Source: Felis catus
Taxonomy: Eukaryota
Assembly (NCBI RefSeq): GCF_018350175.1
Contig: NC_058368.1
Span: forward strand, 9,858,001-9,922,000
DNA length: 64,000 bases
Direction of reading: 5' to 3'
Shown one piece after another: positions 38,333 through 51,564 of the stretch. A program made the position numbers and the translations under genes. The notes below the pieces were generated by a model that saw only the letters and a program-made list of their open reading frames with translations, did no database searches and was not told where the DNA came from. Position 1 is the stretch's first letter. Each line of letters begins with the position of its first letter.

Positions 38333-39316
38333 GTGAGTTAAAATTGTCTTACTATTTGTAGCACGAAATGAAGGTGGATTCAATTTGTAGAATTGAAACT
38401 GTTTGTCAGAAGTTTGAGTTGTTACGAATTGCCAAAATGCCTCTCCGTCGTGGACTCTGGCCGACAGCAAACTGTCCCAGGCAAAGTACCGCTGCACCTG
38501 TCTCAGGGTGACTGTCTGACCCCACTCTAATGGGGCCTTGCCTCCTTTTACCTTGTTTTCTCCCTTTAAGGATATTAGTCATCGGTTTTTGTCTCCTCTG
38601 CCAAGTGCCTGGAGTCACTAGAATTCTGGGATGTCCTTAATCTGATTTCAAGAACTAAGATGACTCAAAGGTGAACCAGAGGCTCATCTGTCTGAATTCC
38701 CATCTTCTCCCAGACTTCGGCCTGCTAATTCTTCATCCCCTTGGAAGCTTTCTGCTGCCTTTGAGCAGATGTGTTTTTAGTATATTTTGCTAGCTTTTCT
38801 ATTTGTCCGCAGTGGGACCACTGGTCAGAATTACCTTTTCTAAAATTGCTACCAGAAGCCCATATTTTAAGCTCATGGGTCAGTTCCATTCTAGGCAGTT
38901 TGTCTCGTTTGTTAATACACTTCGCGCGAATTCATCCTGTAACCTTCGTGTTTAGTCATCCTCGCCTCTGACTCTCAGTAAAGAAATGTTTGGAGGTATA
39001 ATGTGATATAAAGAAGCAGGGGCATTAACCTTTTCATACCTTTTCTGATGCCCTTGGATGTGCCAGGAAATCCCTCCAATCTTTTCCTAAAGAGTTGTTT
39101 TCATCCAGGTAATACATTCTTGGTTAATCTAATACTGCCAAGACCTAGAAGGAAAGAGAGCAGTGCCCCCCGACCTCCTCTCCCGTAAGCGTCTACTTTA
39201 CACCTGTGAAGCGGTATTTACTTTGACGTTTCAGAACAGTGCACTTATTCCACCTTTTGTTTCTCTTTGTTTTCATTCTTTTTTCTTTTTAAAGCTTATT
39301 CCGCTTTGATGCAGTC

Positions 39317-39531
39317 TTTTTTTTTTTCAACATTTATTTATTTTTGAGAGACAGAGAGACAGAGCACAAGTGGGGAGGGGCAGAGAGAGAAGGAGACAGA
39401 ATCCAAAGTAGGCTCCAGGCTCCGAGCTGTCAGCACAGAGCCCAATGCGGGGCTTGAACTCACGAACCGTGAGATCATGACTCGAGCTGAAGTTGGACCA
39501 AGCTCAACTGACTGAGCCACTCAGGCGCCCC
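39317..39531 (-). mobile_element. Can-SINE
   Basis: Head and tail present. Confidence 0.88.
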
Positions 39532-40886
39532 ATTCAACTTCTTTTATAGTTGTTGAAGACTAGGGTTCTTACACCAATCACTGGGCTCCGTCTGTTTTTA
39601 ACCTCTCCCTGTCCTTGCAACATGATAACATTTTTTGTTATGAGTAATACTGATATCAGTACTGATTTTTGTAATCAGTACTCATTATTATTATGAATAC
39701 ATGTGTATTTCCTCTCCAGCCAAGCAGTATATGTGGTTGTATTTCATTTCTTTTAGAACTTCTAAGTCTTCCTGGAATTATTTCCTTGTGTTTTCATTTG
39801 CTTTCTTTATGTATGCATTGTGAAATTTTTCCAAATTCTTCAAACACTCATTGATACATTTTCTAAACACTTAAATGTTTCACAATTTTGGAATCCTCCC
39901 CCACGTTTTTTTCTAGAAACCTTTCTTCTGCCACCTTTCATCTTTTGCTCCAGTGTTCCGGTCTATACTGGTTCCTCTCTGAGCCTGGTGCATGGGAGCT
40001 CTGGATACACTCTTCCTGTCACTACCCTAGTTTTTAGCCCAGGGCCTTACCCCACATTCTGCAGTATCTGTTGCCCATCAGCGTTGAGTCTTCGAGGGGT
40101 TCTGTGACATGTATAAGCTCTTCTCCTGAGTGTGCCCACCCCACAGCACTCCCGTCACCGCTTCATCCATTCTGCTCAGTTACCACTTCCCTGTTGCCCT
40201 TTAATTTTTGCCTGCAGAATATTTGTTGTTTGCTTGTTTCCTCATGTCTTCTTCCCCTTCTTGGCCCTTTCGGTTTCTTTCCTTTCTTTCCCCCCATTCG
40301 CTATCATTTGATAGCATTTGAATGGAAAAGAAGAGGAGCTACCTTTAATGGAAAGTCCACAGTCTGTTTTGGTTGTCTGGGGTTTCAGACTTTGAGATTG
40401 AAGTGTTGTGGGAGTCTTTTTTGTTGACGCCCTGTCTTGAGAAGGAGGTAGAAGGGCAGCAGGGTGTGGGTATCTGCCATCCTGTACTGGACCGGTGGGT
40501 TGCTTGAGGCTGCCTGGTGTATGTGATTTCATCTAACACTTACACCTGCTTTTTCTCACGCACCAGCATTGAAGATCAACTTTTACTCCGATTTTGTTTG
40601 ATCTGTTAATTGGATGCATTGCCACGTATGATTTTTAATTATACAAATAAGATGCATTACTTACATTAGAGATTCAGGCCCTGATCCAGAAACATATCCG
40701 TTGAATATAAGTGTTTCAATGTGAAATGTGTTTAGAGTTCTAACGGGCCAATTATAAGCCGAGTTTATAATTTGGACATTGACTGTATTCAAAAGTAAAC
40801 TGAACTAGTGTGTAAAATTTCACTTAAATTTTAAATGACAGGGTCTTTTGAAGTCCTCTGAGTTTTTTACTTTGAAATTTATATTC

Positions 40887-41111
40887 TTTTTGTATTATTA
40901 TTTTTTTAACGTGTATTTTTCGAGAGAGAGACAGAGACAGAGAGCGTGAGTGGGGCAGGGGCAGAGAGAGAGGGAGACACAGAATCTGAAGCAGGCTCCA
41001 GGCTCTGAGCTGTCAGCACAGAGTCTGATGCGGGGCTTGAACTCATGGACCGCGAGATCATGGCCTGAGCTGAAGTCGGATGCTTAGCTGGCTGAGCCAC
41101 ACAGGAGCCCC
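40887..41111 (-). mobile_element. Can-SINE
   Basis: TSD TGAAATT(T/C)ATATTC. Confidence 0.88.
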
Positions 41112-41699
41112 TGAAATTCATATTCAACAACAAGATTCAACAAATCAAGATTTATTGTTGTCGAATGGAATCTAGAAACAAATTTAATAGTTTTTAAGGA
41201 TAACTTAAAAGTAATTAGATCCATTATGATATCATGTATAATTCAACCTTACAGTCAGCATTCTAAAAACTAATAGTATTGTGAGTTCCCCGAACACCTT
41301 GTCTCAGGTAATCCACACTCTAATATATTCCCATTGGAAAAAGAGTCCATTGATACATCAGATGAATTAAATCTAGCAAGGCCAGATCTGCTACTTTAAG
41401 TGTATTATTTAGGAATTATATTCAGAGCATGGTGATACGGAGCACCAACTTAGAATCTGATTTAATTTTACTTTACAGATCTTGAAAAAAACCTCATTAC
41501 TAGGAGTCTAAGTCACACAGTACCCTGGATTGTAATTTGAAAAGTTTATTTATTTAAACTTCAGTTTTAACAGTTATTTTTTTTGTTGTTTTATAATCCA
41601 ATTTTATTATTATTTTATGGAATCTTCATGTATCAGTGAACAGTACTATGTCATCTCTCCCTGTTATAGAGCGGGTACTCAATATTTTTTTAAAGTTTA

Positions 41700-42061
41700 T
41701 TTTCTTTTATTTTTTTAATTTGCATCCAAGTTAGTTAGCATATAGTGCAACAATGATTTCAGGAGTAGATTCCTTAATGCCCCTTGCCCATTTAGCTCAT
41801 CCTCCCCACGCCGGCTCCCATAACCCTCTGTTTGTGTGCCATATTTAAGAGTCTCATATGTTTTGTCCCCCTCCTTGTTTTTATATTATTTTTGCTTCCC
41901 TTCCATTGTGTTTATCTGTTCTGTGTCTTAAAGTCCTCGTATGAGTGAAGTCATATATTTGTCTTTCTCTGACTAATTTCACTTAGTATAATACCCTCCA
42001 GTTCTATCCACGTAGTTGCAAATGGCAAGTTTCATTCTTTTTGATTGCCGAGTAATACTCC

Positions 42062-42109
<48 letters not shown>

Positions 42110-43110
42110 CACCACATCTTCTTTATCCATTCATCCATCGATGGACATTTGGGCTCTTTCCATACTTTGGCCATTGTTGATAATGCTGCTATAAACACTG
42201 GGGTGCATGTGCCCCTTCGAAACAGCACACCTGTATCCCTTGGATAGATACCTAGTAGTGTGATTGCTGGGTCGTAGGGCAGTTCTAGTTTTTGGTTTTT
42301 GAGGAACGTCCATACTGTTTTCTAGAGTGGCTGCACCCGTTTGCATTCCCACAGCAGTGCAAAAGAGAGCCTCTTTCTCCCCATCCTCACCAATATCTGT
42401 TGTTACCTGAGTTGTTAATGTTAGCCACTTACAGGTGTGAGGTGGTATCTTATTGTGCTTTTGATTTGTATTTCCCTGATGATGAGTGATGAACATTTTT
42501 TCATGTGTCGGTTATCCATCTGGATGTCTTTGAAGAAGTGTCTATTCATGTCTTTTGCCCATTTCTTCACTGGATTATTTGTTCCTTGGGTGTTGAGTTT
42601 GATAAGTTCTTTATAGATTTGGATACTAACCCTTTATCTGATATGTTGTTTGCAAATACCTCCTCCCATTCCGTTAGTTGCCTTTTAGTTTTGCCGATTG
42701 TTTCCTTTGTTACGCAGAAAGAAGGTTTTTATTTTGATGAGGTCCCAATTGTTCAGTTTTGCTTTTGTTTCCCTTGTCTCTGGAGACTTGTTGAGTAAAA
42801 AGTTGCCCCAGCCAGGATCAAAGAGGTTTTTGCCTGCTTTCTCCTCAAGGATTTTGATGGCTTCCTGTCTTACATTTAGGTCTTTCATCCATTTTGAGTT
42901 TATTTTTGGATATGGTGTAAGAAAGTGGTCCAGGTTTCTTTTTCTGCTTGTCGCTGTCCAGTTTTCCCAGCACCACTTGCTGAAGAGACTGTCTTTATTC
43001 CATTGGATATTCTTTCCTGCTTTGTCAAAGATTAGTTGGCCATAGGTTTGTGGGTCCATTTCTGGGTTCTCTATTCTGTTCCCTAGATCTGAGTGTCTGT
43101 TTTTGTGCCA
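41700..43110 (-). mobile_element. 5'-truncated carnivore L1 (ORF2 C-terminus plus 3' UTR)
   Basis: ORF fragments MDPQTYGQLIFDKAGKNIQWNKDSLFSKWCWENW and FIAALSTMAKVWKEPKCPSMDEWIKKMW; frameshifted; internal (TG)n at ~42064-42106. Confidence 0.93.
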
Positions 43111-43317
43111 TGATTTTTTTTTTTTAATAACTTTTTGTAAAGGGTAGGGGAGTGATAGGAAGAGAATTAGATGTTTCTGTTCTGTGCTTATAGAGCTTAT
43201 TAAAGTGTCATTAAAGTATCATTAAATTACAATGACTTTGAGACTTTCTTCCAAGCAGATAAATTGAACCATTCCCTTCAAAAGTTTGGTTGGAGTACTG
43301 ACATATAAAATAGTTAA

Positions 43318-43990
43318 GGGGCGCCTGGGTGGCTCAGTCGGTTAAACGTCCGACTTCGGCTCAGGTCATGATCTCACGGTTTGTGAGTTCGAGCCCTGCA
43401 TCGGGCTCTGTGCTGACAGCTCAGAGCCTGGAGCCTGCTTCGGATTCTGTGTCTCCCTCTCTCTGCCCCTCCTCCACTCACACTCTATCTCAAAAATAAA
43501 TTAAAAAAACATTTTAAAAAAGTTAAAATTACGGGTTTTTGTTTTAAGTTTAAGAGAGAGAGGGAGAGTGCATGTGTGCATGAGTGGGGGGTCGTGCAGA
43601 GAGAGAGAGGGAGAGAGAGAATCCGAAGCAGGCTCTGTGCTGGTGAGCATGGAGCTCAACATGGGGCTCTATCTCATGAACCGTGAGATCATGACCTGAG
43701 CCAAAATCCAGAGTTGGACTCTTAACTGACTGTGCCACCCAGGCACTCCCAACTCTCACTTTAATTATACCTGATTTTACTCACATTTTTAAAAAAAATT
43801 TTTTTTTAATGTTTATTTTAGAGACAGCATGAATGGGGGAGGGGCAGAGAGGGAGACACAGAATCTGAAGCAGGCTGCAGGCTCTGAGCTGTCAGCACAG
43901 AGCCCTACATGGGGTTAGAACCCACGAACCGTGAGATCATGACCTGAGCCGAAGTCAGCACTTAACCAACTGAGCCACCCAGGCGCCCCT
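43318..43990. mobile_element. Three Can-SINEs: 43318-43520 (+), 43536-43750 (-), 43799-43990 (-)
   Basis: Heads and tails read directly. Confidence 0.9.
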
Positions 43991-44881
43991 CAATTTTTGT
44001 CATAGAATCTGAAATATGAACTAGTTCAGTGATGTCATTAGATCTAGAATGTAATGAGGTTTAAAAATTATATTTGCAGATTTTTTTTGCCTAAAGCCTG
44101 TTATTACAGTTCAGGAGTATATATGCACATTGTTAAATCTGCATTTTCTAAAGTACAGATTATTACATTACATTAGTTGGGATAAAAATAAAAACTTGTA
44201 CTCTATCTAGGCCGTTACATAAAACTGGCTGCTCTTTGTGGGATGGGGACTCTGTGTTGCCCTGCTGTCTGAGTAGCGGGGCAATTGGCACGGTTCTCTT
44301 GTGCTTCTTTCTCTTTTCTGTCTCTCTTCCTGAGGGTAGATCCTTCTAGTAGGAGGAGTTCAGCCTCAAGTTAAGGAGGTGAATGCAAACAGATCTTAGC
44401 TTGAAATCTCTTGTGACTCTCATTCCAATTCTGGTAACCTGTCCCATCCAGGTTTTTTATGGTTAAGTCTCAGCTTAAGTCAGTCTCAGCTCTGAGCATC
44501 ATCCTCGACATGCTAGGCATTGCGAGTAGCAAGAAGCCTGAGAACAAAATCTATTGCCAGCTTAAGAGTAAAGTTGTACCCTCAGCGATGAGGCTGGAAA
44601 TGAGACAAGCTGGAAGTACGGGTAGGAGAAATCTGTGAGTTAAAGGACGCTAGAGTCTAGGGACCCAGAGAGGAAAATAAACTCGAAGAGGAGGGGGCAT
44701 ATGCTTTATTTTATTGAATCCAAGATGCCATCGTTATAAATTGTACTGTTTTTTTAAATAGGCCATTAAGAAAAAAATACTGACCATTGAACACTTTCCG
44801 TGTGTAATTCACACTACTAAGGGGGCAAGTTTGCGTAATCTAGGGATCCAGGAGAGGATGTTTTAGTAACTAGCCACAGAA

Positions 44882-45590
44882 GGTATCCTGGGTGGCTCAT
44901 CAGTTGGTTGAGCGTCCGTCTGACTTTGGCTCAGGTCATGATCTCACAGTCAGTGAGTTTGAGTCCAGCATTGGGCTCTGTGCCGACACAGCTCAGAGCC
45001 TGGAGCCTGTTTCAGATTCTGTGTCTCCTTCTCTCTATGCCCCTCCCCTGTTCATGCTCTCTGTCTCAAGAATAAACAAACATTAAACAAAAAAATTTTT
45101 TTTAAAAAGATTATCTTGAAAAGATACTAGTACTTAAGGAGTCAAGTAGGTCCCTGAAGCCTGCATATCAAGCTGTGAGAACATATCTGTACTTTCACTG
45201 TGGATCACTGATTCAGAGGCACATTTTCACATATTTAAAATGGGAGTATGTCTATAAATTGATGGCGTGGTAGAGTTTAGTTAGCAGTTCTCTTTCCTAG
45301 TGGTATATTTTATAATCAGTATTATCTTTTTTTTTCATTTTTTATTTTATTAATAAATATAGTATATTTAAATAATAAATATATTATAATAAATTTTATT
45401 TATTTGTTATTAAGAGACAGAGCGTGAACAGGGGAGGGGCAGAGAGAGAGACACACACACAGAATCGGAAGCAGGCTCCAGGCTCTGAGCTGTCAGCACA
45501 GAGCCCAATGCGGGGCTCAAACTCACAAATGCAAGATCATGACCTGAGCCGAAGTCGGACGCTCAATTGACTGAGCCACCCAGGCGCCTC
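44882..45590. mobile_element. Can-SINEs 44882-45095 (+) and 45327-45590 (-)
   Basis: The second has an 18-bp TSD TATAATCAGTATTATCTT and an expanded AT-rich tail. Confidence 0.9.
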
Positions 45591-45957
45591 TATAATCAGT
45601 ATTATCTTAAAGTGATGCTACAGATATGATAAAAGAATAAAGGGGTTTAGCATTATAGACAGTTCTGCAGGACTTGTTATTTATAGGTACTTAAATTTTG
45701 AAGACTTGATTCTTTCCTCTAACAGAATGATCGATGAGATAATTTACTAATTGTTCCTTGTCTGAATAATCTGCATTTTGGACACTGATTCAAGTTCATT
45801 TCAGCTGAATAAGTTTTGATAAGTAAGTTTGACAGCTGTTTAAATATTGGGAAAAGGGGTATTTGACATTTTTCTTAAATCATGAGAGCTTTGTTAAATT
45901 TAGTTAATTTGAGGCCCATCTTTGGCTTCTGTTTTCTGGTTTGGCATGTGACTATAA

Positions 45958-46099
45958 CGATAAAGTGTATTTTTTTTTTTTTTTTTTTTTAAGATTTTCA
46001 ATGAAAGGTTTATTGTAATCAGTACGGGCTTGGGTTCCCCCCACCCCCACCCCCATCAAAGAGTTAATCAGCCCAAACAGTCCGATAAAGTGTATTTTT
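45958..46099 (-). pseudogene. 5'-truncated retrocopy of a polyadenylated RNA 3' end
   Basis: 17-bp TSD CGATAAAGTGTATTTTT (45958-74 and 46083-99), poly(A) tail, AATAAA 18 nt before the tail. Confidence 0.75.
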
Positions 46100-46737
46100 G
46101 AAATTAGGAATGTCTTGAAGTGTATGGTAAATCAACCAGTATGTTCTATTTTCTTGTCTACTTAGGTACAAATTAAGCTTCCTAAGGAGAAGTTTTACTT
46201 TGATGGACCACTCTGCTTCTTGAGATAAAAGTGAAATAGGACAAGTTATTAGCGTATTGGCAATTTTTTTAAATGTTTATTTCAGTGTCTTAGGTTTGTT
46301 ACTTTGTTTTCCCATATTACCTATGCCATCTAACAAAAGTAATTCATTTGGGCCACTGGATGCCCAAGAAAATTCTAAAAGGTCTGGATTTTTCCCTGTG
46401 ATTTTGCAGAATAGTTATGTTACTGTGAGGTCTTCTTTAAGCCAAAGCAGCAGTGTGGCTTACAGAGCAATTTTTGTTTAATGGTCTGTGTTAGAGCCTT
46501 ATTGCATGATGGCTTCCAACTGTCGGTGATACCATTCTGAGAAGGGTTTACTGTTACATATTTCGTAGAGTGAGTTCTCCATTGCTAATTAAGGCACACA
46601 TCTGGAGGTTCTCAAGAAAAATTAGTGCAGTTAGCCTTGAAAGCGTTATGTATGACTTCCTTGCTTCAGACTGTCTTTTGTATAACCAGGCACGGGCATG
46701 AAATTTGTTTGACTTTGCTTGCCTTCCTCTCCCACAG

Positions 46738-46895
46738 AGTATCTCCCATATTCATGTTGCACTTTGTGGAAGGCTTGCCACGAAATGACTTGCAGCGCTA
46801 TTCATTCCATTTTGAAGGCTGTCTTTATCAAATAACTTCTGTAATTCAGTACCAAGCAAATAATCATTTTATAACGTGGATTTTAGATGCCGACG
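46738..46895 (+). CDS. USPL1: USPL1 exon 8 (catalytic His458, CAT 46865-46867)
   Basis: ccacag|A...ACG|GTAAGT; 158 nt; VSPIFMLHFVEGLP...QYQANNHFITWILDADG. Confidence 0.95.
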
Positions 46896-47372
46896 GTAAG
46901 TGTTTAAACCTTTTTCTTTTATGATAATAGGCATAGAGGCTAAATTCTAGATTTTTTTTTTTAAAAAGACAGATTTTGTCTTGACTCCTTTCCCTCTCAC
47001 TTCTTGCCCTTGCCTTTAATTCTTCTGCCCCCTCCTCTCTGTCACTCTGGTTTAGAATCACTCCTGTCTTCTGCTGCTTTTGTATGGGGGTACATGTGCT
47101 TACGTGTATTTCTTTTCTAGGTGAAGAACGGGATCATATACTATTGTTAGTTTACAGTTTGCTTTTTTCCACTTCTTTTAAAAAGAGAGTGCATCGTACT
47201 GAAAGGTTTTTAACTGAGAATAAAAAAATTTTGCTTAGTTTACAATTGTTAGTCATAAATAAAACATCTATTTCTAAGACTATCGGACATTACAGATCAT
47301 GTAGCCTTCTCTCCCCATGAAATAGAGTATCTGAACTCTGTAATTTGCTATAGCTGTGGTCAAGGTAAAGCC

Positions 47373-47605
47373 TTTATGTATGTATGTATGTATTTACTTA
47401 TTTATTTATTTTAACGTTTATTTATTTTAGAGAGAGAGAGAGAGAGAGAGTCAGAGAGTGAGCAGGAGAGGGGTAGAGAGAGAGGGAGACCGAGAATCTG
47501 AAGCAGGCTCCAGGCTCCGCAGGGCTCGAACTCACGAGCTGAGCCGCAAGATCATGACCGGAGCTGAAGTCAGACGCTTAACCTACTGAGCCACCCAGGT
47601 GCCCC
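47373..47605 (-). mobile_element. Can-SINE with internal deletion
   Basis: TSD GTAAAGCCTTTAT. Confidence 0.88.
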
Positions 47606-48573
47606 GTAAAGCCTTTATTTAAATAGTTAAACTTTTCAAAAGAAGATTAAATAGTACAGCCCATGAACTTTGCTAGGTTTTTCCTAAGATTTATCTAATA
47701 TGGTTTAATATTGAGTGTGTTTCTCTCACAGTGTTCACTTTGTCTTAAACAAGATAACGCAGCCACTTAAAGTGTTGTATCAGGCTGTTGGTAAGGGGTC
47801 TTTTTGATATTTTCTGTTTTTCCATTTTCTATTATTTGGACACTTCTCATAGCTGATATTTTCCTCTTTGGGTGGTTTGGGTGGGTGGCACAATAATGTG
47901 TTATAAAAGCACTTTGCAAGCCAAAACTCACATTATAAATAAGATTACCTTAAAATTTTACTCTGCTTCAGCATTTGGAGGGAAGTGGTTCTCAATAACA
48001 TAAACAAACTGGAAAAAAAAATTAATTTTTTACTGCATTCCAGGGAATCTGAAATCCTCTTCAGTAGGTTACATGGTTATATGGTTTCCAACATATAAAA
48101 ATCAAATGGTTACCTTATAAAAAAGGTCATGGCTCCTCCCTCGAGCATTGAATCAGTCCCTGGGGATTAGGTCCAAATGTTAACCAAGTAATTCTAATGT
48201 GCATGTATGGTAGAGAACCACTGACATAAACAGACAACAGAGTCTCAGAAGTTTTAATGGGTATAGAAATAGTAGGTTCAGGTGGTTTATAAGGATATAT
48301 GCACATAAACTTAGTGAATGGTTTTGTTGGGTTTTTTGTGTGTGTGTCTACAGGGTCTTAACCTCTTCCCTTGTCCTACCTACATGATTTCATTTTTGCT
48401 TGACAAATGAGAGAATAGAAGCTCAGAAATAAAACAACTAAACACATGAAAGCTCTAAAGTTTTTGTTTTTTTTAATCAGAAAAAAAAAATTAAAATAAG
48501 AATTCAAACAAATGTTGGTATTTGAGGTAACAGACTTCATGAAAATTCACAGATATGGAAAAAATCCCCCCTG

Positions 48574-48787
48574 TTTTTTTTTTTTGTTTGTTTATTTTTG
48601 AGAGAGAGAGAGGGACAGAGCACGAGCAGGGGAGTGGCAGAAAGAGAGGAAGACACAGAATCCGAAACAGGCTCCAGGCTCTGGGCTGTCAGCACAGAGC
48701 CCAATGCAGGGCTCAAACCCACACACCACGAGATCATGACCTGAGCCAAAGTCAGAAGCTTAACTGACTGAGCCACCCAGGCGCCTC
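48574..48787 (-). mobile_element. Can-SINE
   Basis: Head and tail; TSD GAAAAAATCC. Confidence 0.88.
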
Positions 48788-49141
48788 AGAAAAAATCCAT
48801 TTTCTGATGTTGTTGGATAAATTGGGCAATATATACTGTATTCCAAGTCACAAAAGTTAAATATTTAGACTTCTGTCTTGATTTTTGTGGGTAATTTAGG
48901 GAAGAGTAAACACTATCTCAGTTTTTAAAATTTCTGGATGTTAGTCCGTAACTTTAATTGTCCAAATAAAGACTTTAACCTTTGGCAGAAGGAAATGGTG
49001 ACAACGATAAGGCCATGTTCTCAAGTGTTCTCCTTTGATGGATATTCAGGGATCCAGCAGTTAAAATGGCCAGAAGAAAATTAACCTAGCTGGTGCGTTT
49101 TGAATGTCTAACCTCATTTATTTAACTTCCTCATCCCCCAG

Positions 49142-51027
49142 GAACTTGGCTGGAATGTGATGACCTAAAAGGCCTATGTTCTGAAAGGCGTGAGAAATTT
49201 GAAGTTCTTGCTTCAGAGATCCATATTGTTATTTGGGAGAGAAGAACATCTGAGATGACAGATAAAACATCTGCCTGCCTTCCACTTAAAAAGACTAGTG
49301 ATGAGCATGCTTTTGGTGATGAGGAACAAGCCTCTCCAGCGTGGTGTTCTGTGGGTGATGCTGCCTCCGCCGAGCTGTCCTCAGGAACTCTCCCCACCAG
49401 TGTGTCATTTGCTCCTAATACTCTTTCGCAGGGTCAGGCTGTAGCTCACGGACATCATTTACTTTCCGGTCCAGAAGGTTTGGGGGACGACAATATTTTA
49501 TCTTTGACACTTGAAGAAATACAGGTTAACTCTGAAAGTTTCCCGTTTGAAAATAAACCTGTGGCAGAGAATGCAGGAGTTGGCAAAACAAAGGCTTTGC
49601 AATCACAGGAGTCACTACTGGCTTCTTTAGTATCCGCTCCATGTGTTGGAAACCTGACTCAAGACCAATTCATGGATTTAAAGCTTCCGTCTCAAACTGT
49701 AAATGCAAGCGTGCGATTTGCACCGCCGAATGCCGAAGACATGGGGATTGCTGCACCTGTGAATAATATCCCCGCTACTGATCCTGTACACGGTGGGCAG
49801 CCAGAAGTTGAGGGCACGGTGGCCCACGAGAAGGACACTCCATTGACACGGTTTCCTTCACCAAAGACTGAGAAACTAAAACCCGAACAACAGGTTACAT
49901 CTCAGGTATCTAATTTGAAGAAAAACGAAACGGCAGCGTTTTCTAAACCTGTAACAGCAAAGCCACTGCAGAATCCATCTCTGAAAGACACTCCGAAGAA
50001 ACCATTTGTAGGAAGTTGGGTTAAAGGCTTATTAAGCAAAGGTGCTTCTTTTATGCCACCTTGTGTTTCGGCTCGTAATAGGAACACTGTAACTGATTTG
50101 CAGCCTTCGGTTAAGGGGGCAAGTAATTTTGGTGGCTTTAAAACTAAGGGTGTGAGCCAAAAGGCTACCCGGGCATCCAGGAAAGCTAATAGGTGTGCAA
50201 GGAAGCCTCCTACGGTTAGCACCCCGCCACCAAGTCATCCACTGCCTGGTGGCACGACTTCTCATGTTCATGCTAATGTTACTGCTGATTCAGATGTTCT
50301 GAAGAAATGTGAAAACGCCCCCTACGGAGCTCACCGCAGTCACAGTTCCTGTGTCAAAGAACATGGTGTTTCTTCTGCCAACCACGGAGACTCAGTTGAG
50401 GGTCAGATTCATAAACTTCGTCTCAAACTTCTTAAAAAACTTAAGGCAAAAAAGAAGAAATTAGCTGCTCTTATGTCTTCCCCCCAAAACGGAGCGCTTC
50501 CAAGTGAAAGTTTAGAACATGTGTCCCATTGTGGGTCTCCAAACGATTGTGACTCGATAGAAGACTTGTTAAAAGAACTACAGTATCAGATCGATACCGC
50601 TGAGAATAAATCTGGATGCACCGCGGTTCCATACGGTGGTCAAAGTCATGAAGAAATTTTGGCAGAACTGTTGTCTCCTACAGCTGTTGTCTCAACAGAG
50701 CACTCGGCAAATGGGGAGGCTGATTTCAGGTATTTAGAAATGGGAGATGACCACGTCGCAGCACCAGTGCCTACTGAGTTAGACGACATTCCCCAAAATA
50801 CACACCTGAGACAGGACCATAATTACTGTAGCCCCACCAAGAAGAATCCGTGTGAAGTTCAGCCAGACTCACTGACAAATAATGCCTGCGTTAGGACATT
50901 GAACTTGGAAAGTTCCATGAAGACTGATATTTTTGATGAGTTTTTTTCCACTTCGACGTTAAATTCTTTAGCAAATGACACATTAGACTTACCTCATTTT
51001 GATGAATATCTGTTTGAGAGTTGTTGA
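49142..51027 (+). CDS. USPL1: USPL1 exon 9 coding part (catalytic Asp474; long C-terminal region; TGA stop)
   Basis: ccccag|GA ACT TGG CTG GAA TGT GAT GAC; in frame with the 590-aa ORF 49255-51027; basic KLRLKLLKKLKAKKKKL stretch. Confidence 0.96.
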
Positions 51028-51188
51028 TTGCATGCTATCTTCTTTTAGTTTAATATTTATTATGGCTCTTGGAAAACTTAATGTGTTATTAAGTAGTATT
51101 TATACACTGGCCTTGTCATGAACAAAATGTAAGCTACGCGAGGTTTTACCTTTGGTTCTACCCACAAAGCATGTAATCTGTTTTACAA

Positions 51189-51194
51189 ATTAAA
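51189..51194 (+). terminator. Candidate proximal poly(A) signal ATTAAA
   Basis: ~160 nt after the stop codon; upstream TGTA elements and downstream T/GT-rich tract. Confidence 0.5.
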
Positions 51195-51564
51195 ATGACC
51201 AGGAATTGGTTTTCCTTGTTTGCTTCATTTTGTATTGTAGGAGAGTGAGTTTTTCAAATGTTAAAAATGATACAGAGGAGTGTCTAGTTTCTGGCAGTTT
51301 TTACATTTGGGTACGTTAAATTTCTACATTTTAATTTTCGGTTACAGTGATTCAGGAGAAACACTAGTTTGTACAAACTTAAGTCATTGTACATGGGATA
51401 TGAATGTGTGACTGGTAATGGTTCTATGGTCATAGATCCTACGCCCGTTTCTTATACCAGTCAAGTGCTGTGGAATGTAAACCTCCCCCAAAGAACTTTC
51501 CTTCTCTACTTAGTAAGGATGGCAGGAACCTTGTTACTAGAACTTTAAGTAACGTTACATGATC

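Noticed and set aside
42004..43059. ORF2-like peptides as an active L1
   Set aside because: 5'-truncated and frameshifted; no EN or RT domain
49902..50271. Antisense ORFs in exon 9
   Set aside because: Shadow ORFs of the USPL1 coding strand
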